Translations under genes and position numbers: made by a program
Part shown: piece after piece, positions 9,110 to 17,132 of the stretch
How positions within the stretch are numbered: the first letter of the stretch is position 1
How the letters are laid out: the number at the start of each line of letters is the position of its first letter
Assembly: GCA_043801595.1 (NCBI GenBank)
Contig: JAZDLW010000021.1
Location: 89,128 to 153,127 of the forward strand
Direction of reading: 5' to 3'
DNA: 64,000 nucleotides
Origin: Candidatus Aenigmatarchaeota archaeon
GTDB taxonomy: Archaea > Aenigmatarchaeota > Aenigmatarchaeia > JACPZZ01
Notes under the pieces: model-generated
What the model was told of the DNA's origin: nothing
Databases searched by the model: none
The model's input: only the letters and a program-made list of their open reading frames with translations

Positions 9110-9835
9110 CTATTCAGTTTTTTGGTACTGGGAGTTCTTTACTATACTATCAATCAGAGCCTCTATCACATCTAGATTTTTATCAATATCTTTTCCTGCA
9201 TTTTTCAAATGGTTAGTTTCTTGACAAAAATCGTAAAGGGCTCTAAGACTTGTCAATAGATCACCGTCATTAAGTACTATGGGCTCTTTTAGAAAATGTT
9301 CTATGGTAAATAACTGGAAATCGGAATTTCTTTCTTTACTCCTCAGAAATCCCACATGCTCAGAAATCGAATTTATCTCATATCTTAGACCAGTAAACAT
9401 ACTTTCCGTTTTTACCTTTTGTTTCCTTTCTTCCAGCTTTTTAGTTTCATCGGCTAATTTTTTAAAAGCCCGTCCTGCACCACGCAAAGCCCAAACCATT
9501 TCACTTAAATCATCTTCTCTAACGAGATCGAGATCAGTGTTATCGAAAATGCGATCGTCTGGAAGTTTAACATCTTTTATAAAATATAATTTGTCATCTT
9601 CATTCGCTTTATCGACCAAAATTTTAATCCCTTTGTACAAAGAATCTGCCTTATCAGATTCGCAGATAACTTTTACTTCGGACTTATCTTTGACATTTTC
9701 TATTCGTGCATTGATACCCAATGATGTTGCGACTTTCTTTATATCCTCTCTTAAATCAGTTCCTTGAACGTCACTTTCTGATTCGCCAACGACTATAATT
9801 TTCTTGTACTCGATCATAGACAAAGATAATTCCAA
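9110..9835 (-). CDS. Uncharacterised 241-aa protein (N-terminal alpha/beta region IIVVGESESD, C-terminal helical region); candidate toxin/effector partner of the Panacea-like gene
   Basis: Unambiguous ORF in the AT-rich island, immediately upstream and same-strand of the DUF4065-like gene. I recognise no family. Confidence 0.5.
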   Translation of the reverse strand: MELSLSMIEYKKIIVVGESESDVQGTDLREDIKKVATSLGINARIENVKDKSEVKVICESDKADSLYKGIKILVDKANEDDKLYFIKDVKLPDDRIFDNTDLDLVREDDLSEMVWALRGAGRAFKKLADETKKLEERKQKVKTESMFTGLRYEINSISEHVGFLRSKERNSDFQLFTIEHFLKEPIVLNDGDLLTSLRALYDFCQETNHLKNAGKDIDKNLDVIEALIDSIVKNSQYQKTE

Positions 9836-9885
9836 TCAAACCCTTAAATAACCTATTTATATCAAAATCCTCTAAACACTACACC

Positions 9886-11160
9886 TCATCCGATCTCCTT
9901 GAATCCCGTATATTTTATTAGGGGCCTCGGAACTTTTATATATCCGTCAGCCGACTGGAAGTTCTCCATTATCGCGACCAATACGCGGTCCGTGACCGCT
10001 GTCGAGTTAAGCGTATGCACGAATGACGATGGCGCAGCGCCTTCCTTCTCGCGCAACTTGATATTCAACCGTCGGGCCTGGTAATCCGTACAATTTGAGC
10101 ATGAAACGATTTCCCGATACTTCTGCTGCACTGGCATCCACGCTTCCACATCGTATTTCTTCGCAGCCACTGTTCCGATATCGCCGGTGCATATGTTTAC
10201 GACGCGGTACGGAATCTTCAGCGACTTTGTGATAGCCTCCGCATTATCAATAAGCTTCTCGTGCCACGCCCATGAATCAACGGGGTCGCAGATAACGATC
10301 TGCTCAACCTTTCCGAATTGATGCACACGAAAGATTCCTTTCGTGTCCTTGCCGTGCGAACCGGCCTCTTTGCGGAAGTTCACGCTGAAACCGGCGTATG
10401 TCAGCGGAAGATTTTCCTTAATTATCGTTTCATCCATGTGCATCGCTGTTAATGGGTGTTCTGAAGTGGCGATCATATGCAGATCCTCGCCTTCAACCTT
10501 GTACAGAACGTCGTTGAAGTCAGCGAGATCGACGACGCCCCTGTACGCATCGGTCTTCATCATGTACGGCGGCAATACGAGAGTGAATTTCTTTTTTGCC
10601 AGAAAGTCTATTGCGTATCTCATCAACGACATTTCCAATAACGCAAGTTTCCCTTTTATGAAATAAAATCTTGCGCCGGATATTTTGGCCGCGCGCTCAA
10701 TGTCTATCATACCGAGTTTTATTCCGAGGTCGATATGATCCTTCGCTTCAAATTTTTGTTGCTTGATGTTTCCCCATTTGCGGACAACGACGTTATCAGC
10801 GTCGCTTGCGCCGACCGGCACGGATTCATGCAGTATGTTTGGAATCCGCATCAGCGCGCCTTGCACTTCTGCCCTGAGTTCGCCGGCCTGCTGATCCAAT
10901 AACCTTATAGATTCTGAGACGCCGACCATTTCCCTGATCTTCGTTTTCGCGTCTGCACCCTTCCTTTTTATTTCCGCTATCTCCGTTGTAACAGTGTTCC
11001 TCTTGTTCTTCAGCGAATCGGCCTGCTGCATTAACTCGCGCAACTTCTGGTCGTTGCGTATTATCTGTTCCAGCAGTTTAAGCTTGTCAGTATCATTGCG
11101 CTTCTTAAGATCATTTCTTATCAAATCAGGATTTTCACGAATCAATCTTATGTCAAGCAT
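9886..11160 (-). CDS. serS: Seryl-tRNA synthetase
   Basis: N-terminal coiled coil (MLDIRLIRENPDLIRNDLKKRN...). Class II motifs FRKEAGSHGKDTKGIFRVHQF and C-terminal GYIKVP. Confidence 0.9.
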   Translation of the reverse strand: MLDIRLIRENPDLIRNDLKKRNDTDKLKLLEQIIRNDQKLRELMQQADSLKNKRNTVTTEIAEIKRKGADAKTKIREMVGVSESIRLLDQQAGELRAEVQGALMRIPNILHESVPVGASDADNVVVRKWGNIKQQKFEAKDHIDLGIKLGMIDIERAAKISGARFYFIKGKLALLEMSLMRYAIDFLAKKKFTLVLPPYMMKTDAYRGVVDLADFNDVLYKVEGEDLHMIATSEHPLTAMHMDETIIKENLPLTYAGFSVNFRKEAGSHGKDTKGIFRVHQFGKVEQIVICDPVDSWAWHEKLIDNAEAITKSLKIPYRVVNICTGDIGTVAAKKYDVEAWMPVQQKYREIVSCSNCTDYQARRLNIKLREKEGAAPSSFVHTLNSTAVTDRVLVAIMENFQSADGYIKVPRPLIKYTGFKEIG

Positions 11161-11164
11161 AGCG

Positions 11165-12265
11165 TCATCTCGTTATATCAGACTCCGAAAACATTTCAAG
11201 TAATTTTTTGTTCGCCGGCTTCTCGAAATGCCTCCTGACCGGCTCGAGTATTGTTGCCAACGACTCGGAAACCGCGTTTTTCAAGTCAACGGGATGGAGT
11301 TTTCCATCCGCATAATGTGCCTCCAAGTCAGCATAGCTACTGAAGGAAACGTCCCCGCCGAATTTTTCGGGGCGACTTATATCCAAATTTTTTGACTTGT
11401 TGAATATTATGTATTTGCAGATTTCCATAATCGGGTTTCCGCCTACGGTTTTTTCCGGACAAAAGGAGGCGGCTATCTTTTCTTTGATAACATCGGGCGA
11501 ATCGTGAACGAATATGCTGGCTTTCGGTATTGATTTTGACATTTTGCTGGCGATTTCGCCATCATCCGAACCCATTTTCTTTGGGCCCTGCAAACCCATG
11601 AGCAGATGATGATGGATAGCAACTGGTTTGTACCATTTTAATTTCTCGCCCGCCTCCCTGCTGAGCAGCGTAACCTTGCGCTGGTCGAACCCGAGCTGGC
11701 AGATGTCAGCACCCATATGGAACGGATCCGCAGCCTGCATTGCCGGATACAATAATTGCGCGGCGTACTGCATATCTTTCTGCTGCCGCCCCATTATCGC
11801 GCTGCACCTTACCATCCTGTCTATTGTCGTGATCTTCGATATGGCAACAACTTTTTTCCAGTATTCCGGGTCCTTTACGTGATCCGAAGCCCAAACTATT
11901 TCGGTTTTTTTATCATCGATGCCGCAGGCCTTCCACACCTCGATAAGGTAATCGCCGGCTTTCTGTATTTTTTCGAGGTCTCCGCCGAGCTTGTTGTTTA
12001 TCAGCGCGAACCAGTCCGCAACGTAAAGTTTGAAACGGATTCCCGCGTCCATCAGAATTTGCAGCTGTATGGCGCGCATTAAACCCGAACCCAAATGCGC
12101 ATAACCTGACGGTTCAAAGCCGTCGTATGCGACCGGATGAGTTTTAGTTTCGAAAAGCGCCCTGAGTTCGCTTTCGGTCACGATTTCCTCGCCGACTTTT
12201 TTAACCAGTTCGATACGCGTTTCCAAGTCCACTTTAACCCTCTCGTATATCCATAATCTTCGCAT
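11165..12265 (-). CDS. tyrS: Tyrosyl-tRNA synthetase (archaeal type)
   Basis: Has GFEPSG...HLG, KMSKS (ASKMSKS) and a close match to M. jannaschii TyrRS (RPEKFGGD, LHPVDLKNAV, ILEPVRRHF). Confidence 0.9.
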   Translation of the reverse strand: MRRLWIYERVKVDLETRIELVKKVGEEIVTESELRALFETKTHPVAYDGFEPSGYAHLGSGLMRAIQLQILMDAGIRFKLYVADWFALINNKLGGDLEKIQKAGDYLIEVWKACGIDDKKTEIVWASDHVKDPEYWKKVVAISKITTIDRMVRCSAIMGRQQKDMQYAAQLLYPAMQAADPFHMGADICQLGFDQRKVTLLSREAGEKLKWYKPVAIHHHLLMGLQGPKKMGSDDGEIASKMSKSIPKASIFVHDSPDVIKEKIAASFCPEKTVGGNPIMEICKYIIFNKSKNLDISRPEKFGGDVSFSSYADLEAHYADGKLHPVDLKNAVSESLATILEPVRRHFEKPANKKLLEMFSESDITR

Positions 12266-12713
12266 TCAGAAACTTTAATATATCGTCGACTCTCATCTCG
12301 ATGCCGTACGAAACGTCGCCGGAACCGAAATTGATTTTCTGGAAGTTTTTTATTGATGAATCGCAAACCAAAGGCAAATTTATCGATAGCGGGCAGACCT
12401 CGCCCGGTTGTAATTTCAACCTCTCTTTCAATTCTTTGGCCTTTGCCATTCTTAGTTTGCTTATGCCGAGAGACTTTTCCAATTTACTTACATCAAGGCG
12501 ATCGCGTCCGCAAAGGAAGGCTGCGAAGAAATCTTTTTCATCCGTTACTACGAGTGTTTTCCAGATTTCCTTCGGGTCGCCTTTAAAGACTTTCTCAACA
12601 TCCCTGCTGGATATTGCGCTCGTGTTCAGATCAAGAATATTAAAACCGATTCTCTTTTCTTTCAGCATTGCTGACAAAATCATAAGCCTGTGATTCATGG
12701 AATTTCCTTGCAA
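12234..12713 (-). CDS. YbaK/ProX-type aminoacyl-tRNA deacylase
   Basis: About 159 aa with YbaK-like motifs (KTLVVTD, LQPGEVCPL, INFGSGD). Confidence 0.6.
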   Translation of the reverse strand: MQGNSMNHRLMILSAMLKEKRIGFNILDLNTSAISSRDVEKVFKGDPKEIWKTLVVTDEKDFFAAFLCGRDRLDVSKLEKSLGISKLRMAKAKELKERLKLQPGEVCPLSINLPLVCDSSIKNFQKINFGSGDVSYGIEMRVDDILKFLNAKIMDIREG

Positions 12714-12716
12714 ACG

Positions 12717-13466
12717 TCAACGATCGCTTTTAGATTTGAAAAAAACGTAAGACGACGCTATTGACGCTAATCCAAGCACGATTAACACAACTCCTATGGT
12801 CATCTCCGCGTCCATGAACGGTTTTATGCCCGCTCCGATGGCATTGGCGACCATCTGCATAGTGGCCGCGTCTATACCGCTCACCTGTTGGTTGAGCAGC
12901 GAAGGAAGAATCGCATTTGTACCGAAAACGAGCAAAGCCATTGACAATCCGACCCAGAAAATATTAACTCCCAGCAGTTTCAGTATTCCTTTTGGATCAG
13001 CAACGAGCATCAGCATCAATATGACAGCAACCATTGTCAGTGCGAACGAAGCTACGAAAACGTTGCTTATTGCAGCATCAAGCTCGCTGACTTTCATGTT
13101 GATGCTGGGAATGGTGTAATTGTAAACGAGCGGCAGCGTGCTCGGCAATAAAATGTTCTGCACAAAATAATCCTTGCCTTTCGAACCGACATTGACGCAA
13201 CTATCAGCGTCTGCGTACTGCGTGCAGGCACTGCCCAATACCAGTTTTTCGCAATCGCCATACGCCATGGCGGTTTGTTTTCCGCAGGCGTCCTGCAGCG
13301 CCTTGTCAAACGCCCCGCTCGCAATGCTGCCGACCATGCCGCCCACTACGTTTTTCGCACCGATGTTTTGAAGGATAAACGCGTTTACCGCAATCGGAGC
13401 AGAGACGAGAAAAAGTATTGACAGAATCGTTATGATGATTTTTTTAGGAAGCTCTTTTGACGCCAA
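12717..13466 (-). CDS. Hypothetical membrane protein with a Cys-rich extracytoplasmic segment
   Basis: N-terminal TM helix, central Cys-rich region and C-terminal multi-TM region. Confidence 0.55.
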   Translation of the reverse strand: MASKELPKKIIITILSILFLVSAPIAVNAFILQNIGAKNVVGGMVGSIASGAFDKALQDACGKQTAMAYGDCEKLVLGSACTQYADADSCVNVGSKGKDYFVQNILLPSTLPLVYNYTIPSINMKVSELDAAISNVFVASFALTMVAVILMLMLVADPKGILKLLGVNIFWVGLSMALLVFGTNAILPSLLNQQVSGIDAATMQMVANAIGAGIKPFMDAEMTIGVVLIVLGLASIASSYVFFKSKSDR

Positions 13467-13568
13467 ACTACAGACCTCTTCTTTATGATTTGAAAAGATT
13501 GGTATTAAAATACAGATTTTGCTTAAGCCCTTGAAAAAGGCTTATCCGATTAAATTTTTTAGAAAACA

Positions 13569-13668
13569 ACGGAAACCAATTGGTTTCAACGAAAAACCGA
13601 AGTTTTTCGTGCATGGGAAAACTCGGTTTCCCCATGCCGTGCATAGGAAATTCTAATGATTTCCTATG
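13569..13668. repeat. Intergenic tandem-hairpin repeat, locus A (four consecutive stem-loops)
   Basis: GAAACCAATTGGTTTC palindrome; CGAAAAAC-cgaa-GTTTTTCG; GCATGGGAAAAC-tcg-GTTTCCCCATGC; CATAGGAAA-n9-TTTCCTATG. It abuts the 3' end of the minus-strand tRNA. Confidence 0.7.
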
Positions 13669-13676
13669 AAGTTTAA

Positions 13677-13771
13677 ATGCGGCGGCCGGGATTTGAACCC
13701 GGGTTGTGAGCTTGGAAGGCTCGCGTTTCCTGGACTTAAAAAAGTCTCTTACCAGGCTGGACCACCGCCGC
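13677..13771 (-). tRNA. tRNA, probably Gly (UCC), carrying a roughly 19-22 nt insertion at a non-canonical position between the D-arm and the anticodon stem
   Basis: Acceptor stem GCGGCGG/CCGCCGC. T-arm CCGGG-UUCAAAU-CCCGG. Anticodon hairpin GAGC-CUUCCAA-GCUC. Total length about 95 nt. The 6-nt GUCCAG is directly repeated around the insertion. Confidence 0.55.
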
Positions 13772-13882
13772 AATTTCTGGTTGAAACAGACATTGTCTGT
13801 TTCTATCTGCTTATGCGCCAGCCAGCAACTGCATCCATTTCGATCTATTTACTATCCTTTTCTTTTTAAGAATTGATTGTTT

Positions 13883-14311
13883 TTATCCTCGATAACCCGC
13901 TTTCTCAGCGAGTTTTTTCCTAACTTCTTCCATTTCCTCTTCACCGGCCTGTTTTTTCGGCCAGCCGAACATTATGCCGTCATCCTTGAATCGCGGAATA
14001 AGATGAAAATGCAGATGCGGAATGACCTGCCCGGCAACAGAGCCGTTTGCCTGAAATACGTTCAACCCATCGGCGTTCATGGTTTCGCGCATTACGGAGG
14101 ATAATTTTCTTATAACCTTTGAAAGGTTGAAAAGGTCGTCTTCGGGTATGCTTATTATTGTCGGGTAATGGTTTTTCGGAATTATCAACGCATGCCCGAC
14201 ATTGGCCGGATTGATGTCCAGGAACGCGAGAACGGATTCATCCTCGTAAACCTTTTTCGAGGGTATTTCGCCTGCAATGATCTTGCAGAAAATGCAGTTC
14301 GGGTCCCTCAT
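13883..14311 (-). CDS. HIT-family (histidine triad) nucleotide hydrolase
   Basis: CIFCKI...HLHFHLIP, an HxHxHxx motif. Confidence 0.9.
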   Translation of the reverse strand: MRDPNCIFCKIIAGEIPSKKVYEDESVLAFLDINPANVGHALIIPKNHYPTIISIPEDDLFNLSKVIRKLSSVMRETMNADGLNVFQANGSVAGQVIPHLHFHLIPRFKDDGIMFGWPKKQAGEEEMEEVRKKLAEKAGYRG

Positions 14312-14360
14312 TTCAAAGCCTCTTACTCAGTTTTTTGGCCGGATATGCTAAAATAATAAA

Positions 14361-14523
14361 TGGGATTGCAGGGATTTGAACCCTGATTGGCTGGTATCTT
14401 CAAAATCATCGGCTTGCGCCTCGTATCTCCAACAATAGACCGAAACAGATGCAATTTTGTATGGCATCTGTTTCTGTTTGCCGCTCTGGAGCCAGCTGTC
14501 TTACCTGATTAGACCACAATCCC
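14361..14523 (-). tRNA. tRNA-Trp (CCA) with a roughly 90-nt intron at the canonical 37/38 position
   Basis: 5' exon GGGAUUG-UG-GUC..GAC-A-GCUGG-CUCCAG, 3' exon A-CCAGC-CAAU-CAGGG-UUCAAAU-CCCUG-CAAUCCC-A. The intron contains an 8-bp hairpin (ACAGAUGC/GCAUCUGU) and a GAUGA element. Confidence 0.75.
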
Positions 14524-14569
14524 TTAGAATAAAATTAATGACCGCTCTGCTTTTAATAAGATGCTATGT

Positions 14570-15004
14570 TCAGCGGACAACGATGTCCACGCTGAAAGAT
14601 TGCAACGTGGCGTTTTCCCACGGCCTGTGGTAAACCAAGGTCAGTGTTGTCTTGCCTGCACTGATTCCCCGGAAGTGAAATGTTTGCGTTCCGGGAGCAC
14701 CGACCAGTTCCGGGTTTTGTTCCGGCTGGCTGAATCCCGCTTTTCCAGTCTGCGACAGGATCAGGGGCGAATATCCGGTTATATCCCAAGTATAACCCGT
14801 GGAAGGGTTCGATTCCAATCCCAACAGAAAAGACTGGCCACTTGAAATTTCGATGCTTTTGTTGTTATCGGCGCCTGTCAAAACGATTTCATTAGGAATG
14901 AAAAAACTCGCAGCTATTGCAACAACCGCAATTATGGCAGCAGTTTTTACGCCGGTCGACGTTTTTGTCATAACAACAATTTTGCGAACTGCGTTAAAAA
15001 ACAT
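14570..15004 (-). CDS. Chagasin-family (I42) cysteine-protease inhibitor-like protein with signal peptide/anchor
   Basis: The NPSTGYTWDI motif (compare chagasin NPTTGY.W) and the beta-rich C-terminus. The start is set at an internal Met because the ORF-track start at 15046 overlaps tRNA-Thr. Confidence 0.6.
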   Translation of the reverse strand: MFFNAVRKIVVMTKTSTGVKTAAIIAVVAIAASFFIPNEIVLTGADNNKSIEISSGQSFLLGLESNPSTGYTWDITGYSPLILSQTGKAGFSQPEQNPELVGAPGTQTFHFRGISAGKTTLTLVYHRPWENATLQSFSVDIVVR

Positions 15005-15020
15005 GCTATTTTGTTTGGAA

Positions 15021-15092
15021 AAGCCCCAAGTGAGGATTGAACTCACGACCTACAGTTTACGAAACTGTCGCTCTACCACTGAGCTATTGAGG
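15021..15092 (-). tRNA. tRNA-Thr (CGU)
   Basis: GCCUCAA-UA-GCUCAGUGGUAGAGCG-A-CAGUU-UUCGUAA-ACUGU-AGGUC-GUGAG-UUCAAUC-CUCAC-UUGGGGC-U. Confidence 0.85.
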
Positions 15093-15209
15093 CAATTGTT
15101 GGTTTGCATACATCACGGATGTATGTCGATTTACCACTCATTTCTTATTACGATATTCTTTCCTTTTAATTCCTGTCATCTTTAAATTGTTCCTAAGATA
15201 ACCAAAATC

Positions 15210-15656
15210 ATGAAAATCGAGGAGAAGGACGTTAAACCCAAGTTAAGCAATGGTTGGCTAAAAGCCTGGGTAATGATCGAGTCGCTGGCAGTAAAACAAG
15301 AAATATCAAAGCAATCGCTGGAAGAGCTCTCAAAAATCATTGACAAGGAACAGGAACTCGGCATTATAAAAAAGGAGTTCAAGGAGAGCACGAAGGTCGA
15401 AAATCCGTTACCCAATATTCCGGAAGCTTATTCGACAATACTGGAGCTCGAAATTTTAGCGAAAAACTACGGTTCACTTGTCAGGTTTGTCATGAACTAC
15501 GGTCCGTCGGCAATAGAGATACTGGAACCGAAAAGCATTGACATAGAGCTCGGAGAAGCCCAAAATGTGCTGTCGGAGATAGCAAACATGATACACAGGT
15601 TTGCGCAGGCGGGAGTAGGCGGTATTATACTTTCAAAGGGCGGAAATCAGGGCTAA
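15210..15656 (+). CDS. Hypothetical protein
   Basis: Clean 148-aa ORF. I recognise no family. Confidence 0.45.
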   Translation: MKIEEKDVKPKLSNGWLKAWVMIESLAVKQEISKQSLEELSKIIDKEQELGIIKKEFKESTKVENPLPNIPEAYSTILELEILAKNYGSLVRFVMNYGPSAIEILEPKSIDIELGEAQNVLSEIANMIHRFAQAGVGGIILSKGGNQG

Positions 15657-15718
15657 ATTATCCAATTGTTCCCGTACCAACCAGCAGTGAAACGTTTCAG
15701 ATAAGCTTTCTTCAAACA

Positions 15719-15767
15719 ACGGAAACCAATATGGTTTCCGTGCACAGGAAACGTCGCGTTTCCTGTG
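15719..15767. repeat. Intergenic tandem-hairpin repeat, locus B
   Basis: ACGGAAACC-aatat-GGTTTCCGT followed by CACAGGAAACG-tcg-CGTTTCCTGTG, then gaaagcttaagcaaa. Confidence 0.7.
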
Positions 15768-15831
15768 AGAAAGCTTAAGCAAAGAATTTCTTTAAAAAGC
15801 AGCTTTAAATTTCCTGTTTAGCATCAAGAGT

Positions 15832-16851
15832 ATGATGAGACTGCGCCCAGTCATTGCTCTACTGGCTATATGTCTGCTCGTAATTCCTTACAGCGGATTA
15901 GCCGCGGGAATACAGTTTTACGAGATAACTACTGACATACTTGAGAACGGGCTTGCAAAGAACGAAGTGAAAATCGCTTTTGATGTGCAGCAACCCGGAA
16001 AGATAGATTACCCGATCATAGGCGACGTAACGGATTTTTCATGGGCGGCAAACTTTAACGCAACGTGCGATCTTGCAAAACAAGGGGCGACTTCGATAAT
16101 AAGCTGCGATCTGGCCGGTGTAAATAAAACGCACAGGAGCCTGTCGCTTAATTACACAGCATCCGGATTTGTGAGGCAACTTGAAAAAGACAGATGGATT
16201 TACAGGTATGATTTTCAGAGCTCTGTCCCTGTTACAACGCTCTCTATCGTGGTCAGGCTGCCCGAAGGAAAAGGTCTTATTACCAGCGAAGACGGCATAA
16301 TTTCGGGGGGCTTGCTGCCTTACGCGCCTTCTTATGGGGATACGAGAACGGACGGAAGAAGAATACTCATTGATTGGGCCAGAAACAACTTTACCGCAGG
16401 CGATTCGTTGAGTGTGTCTGCTGTGTACGAAAATATCCAAATAAACGCGTTAACAACGTTTTTACCACTGTTTCTGACTATAGTTATCATACTAATATCC
16501 ACTACTGTTTACTTTTACCTAAAGAAGACCAAAGTGATAGTCAGAACTGAGGAAACGCTGGATTCCGTACTTCTTATACTTAAACCTGACGAAAGAAAGG
16601 TTATTGACTGCTTATTGAGCGAAAACGGGGAGAAAATGCAAAGAAAGATTGTGCACGAAACAAATTTCTCAAAAGCAAAGGTTTCGAGACTTATTTCGGA
16701 TTTAAAGCGCAGAGGTATCATATATGTAGAGGAAAGAGGGCGAACCAATCGAATATTCTTGAAAATAAAGCCAAAGGAACCTTTTGGAACAATTAAACCC
16801 TCTACGGAGGCTAATAACGAGGCAAATAGGAATGATACTCCCAAGAGCTAG
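15832..16851 (+). CDS. Membrane-anchored protein: signal peptide, ectodomain, single TM helix, cytoplasmic winged-helix (MarR/TrmB-like) DNA-binding domain
   Basis: N-terminal signal peptide, TM helix LFLTIVIILISTTVYFYL, and C-terminal ...RKVIDCLLSENGEKMQRKIVHETNFSKAKVSRLISDLKRRGIIYVEERGR (HTH/wHTH-like). Confidence 0.5.
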   Translation: MMRLRPVIALLAICLLVIPYSGLAAGIQFYEITTDILENGLAKNEVKIAFDVQQPGKIDYPIIGDVTDFSWAANFNATCDLAKQGATSIISCDLAGVNKTHRSLSLNYTASGFVRQLEKDRWIYRYDFQSSVPVTTLSIVVRLPEGKGLITSEDGIISGGLLPYAPSYGDTRTDGRRILIDWARNNFTAGDSLSVSAVYENIQINALTTFLPLFLTIVIILISTTVYFYLKKTKVIVRTEETLDSVLLILKPDERKVIDCLLSENGEKMQRKIVHETNFSKAKVSRLISDLKRRGIIYVEERGRTNRIFLKIKPKEPFGTIKPSTEANNEANRNDTPKS

Positions 16852-17119
16852 AATTGTTCCACGATTGTTTCATGGAGTTTATTTATAACATCCCCGTTAA
16901 TCTATTGTTAGAAGCTGAATCTGGCCTGCCGTATACACGGGCTGGAGCGTGTTTGCGGGCAACCGCAACCGCGTCAGTAAACTATAGCATCGGAAAACAA
17001 AGGGGGAGGTTAGGCTTGGTTAATACCTATTTCTCAACCCTGACCCGTCTTTTGTTGATCTATGCCTGTAATTTACGTTTGGCGTGTAAGCCGAAATAAA
17101 CACGGCGTACAGATAAAAA

Positions 17120-17125
17120 GGAGGG
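17120..17125 (+). promoter_or_regulatory. Shine-Dalgarno-like GGAGGG, 7 nt upstream of the S-layer-like gene ATG, at the end of a long 5' leader
   Basis: aaaaaGGAGGGaaaataaATG. Confidence 0.45.
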
Positions 17126-17132
17126 AAAATAA

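Noticed and set aside
13483-13773. A 96-aa ORF on the minus strand.
   Set aside because: It spans the hairpin-repeat locus A and the tRNA gene, so it cannot be coding.
16860-17130. The 270-nt GC-rich stretch upstream of the S-layer-like gene, considered as a possible ncRNA such as SRP RNA or RNase P RNA.
   Set aside because: No recognisable conserved helices of either RNA could be traced by eye. A long 5' leader with a strong Shine-Dalgarno, typical of S-layer genes, is the simpler reading.
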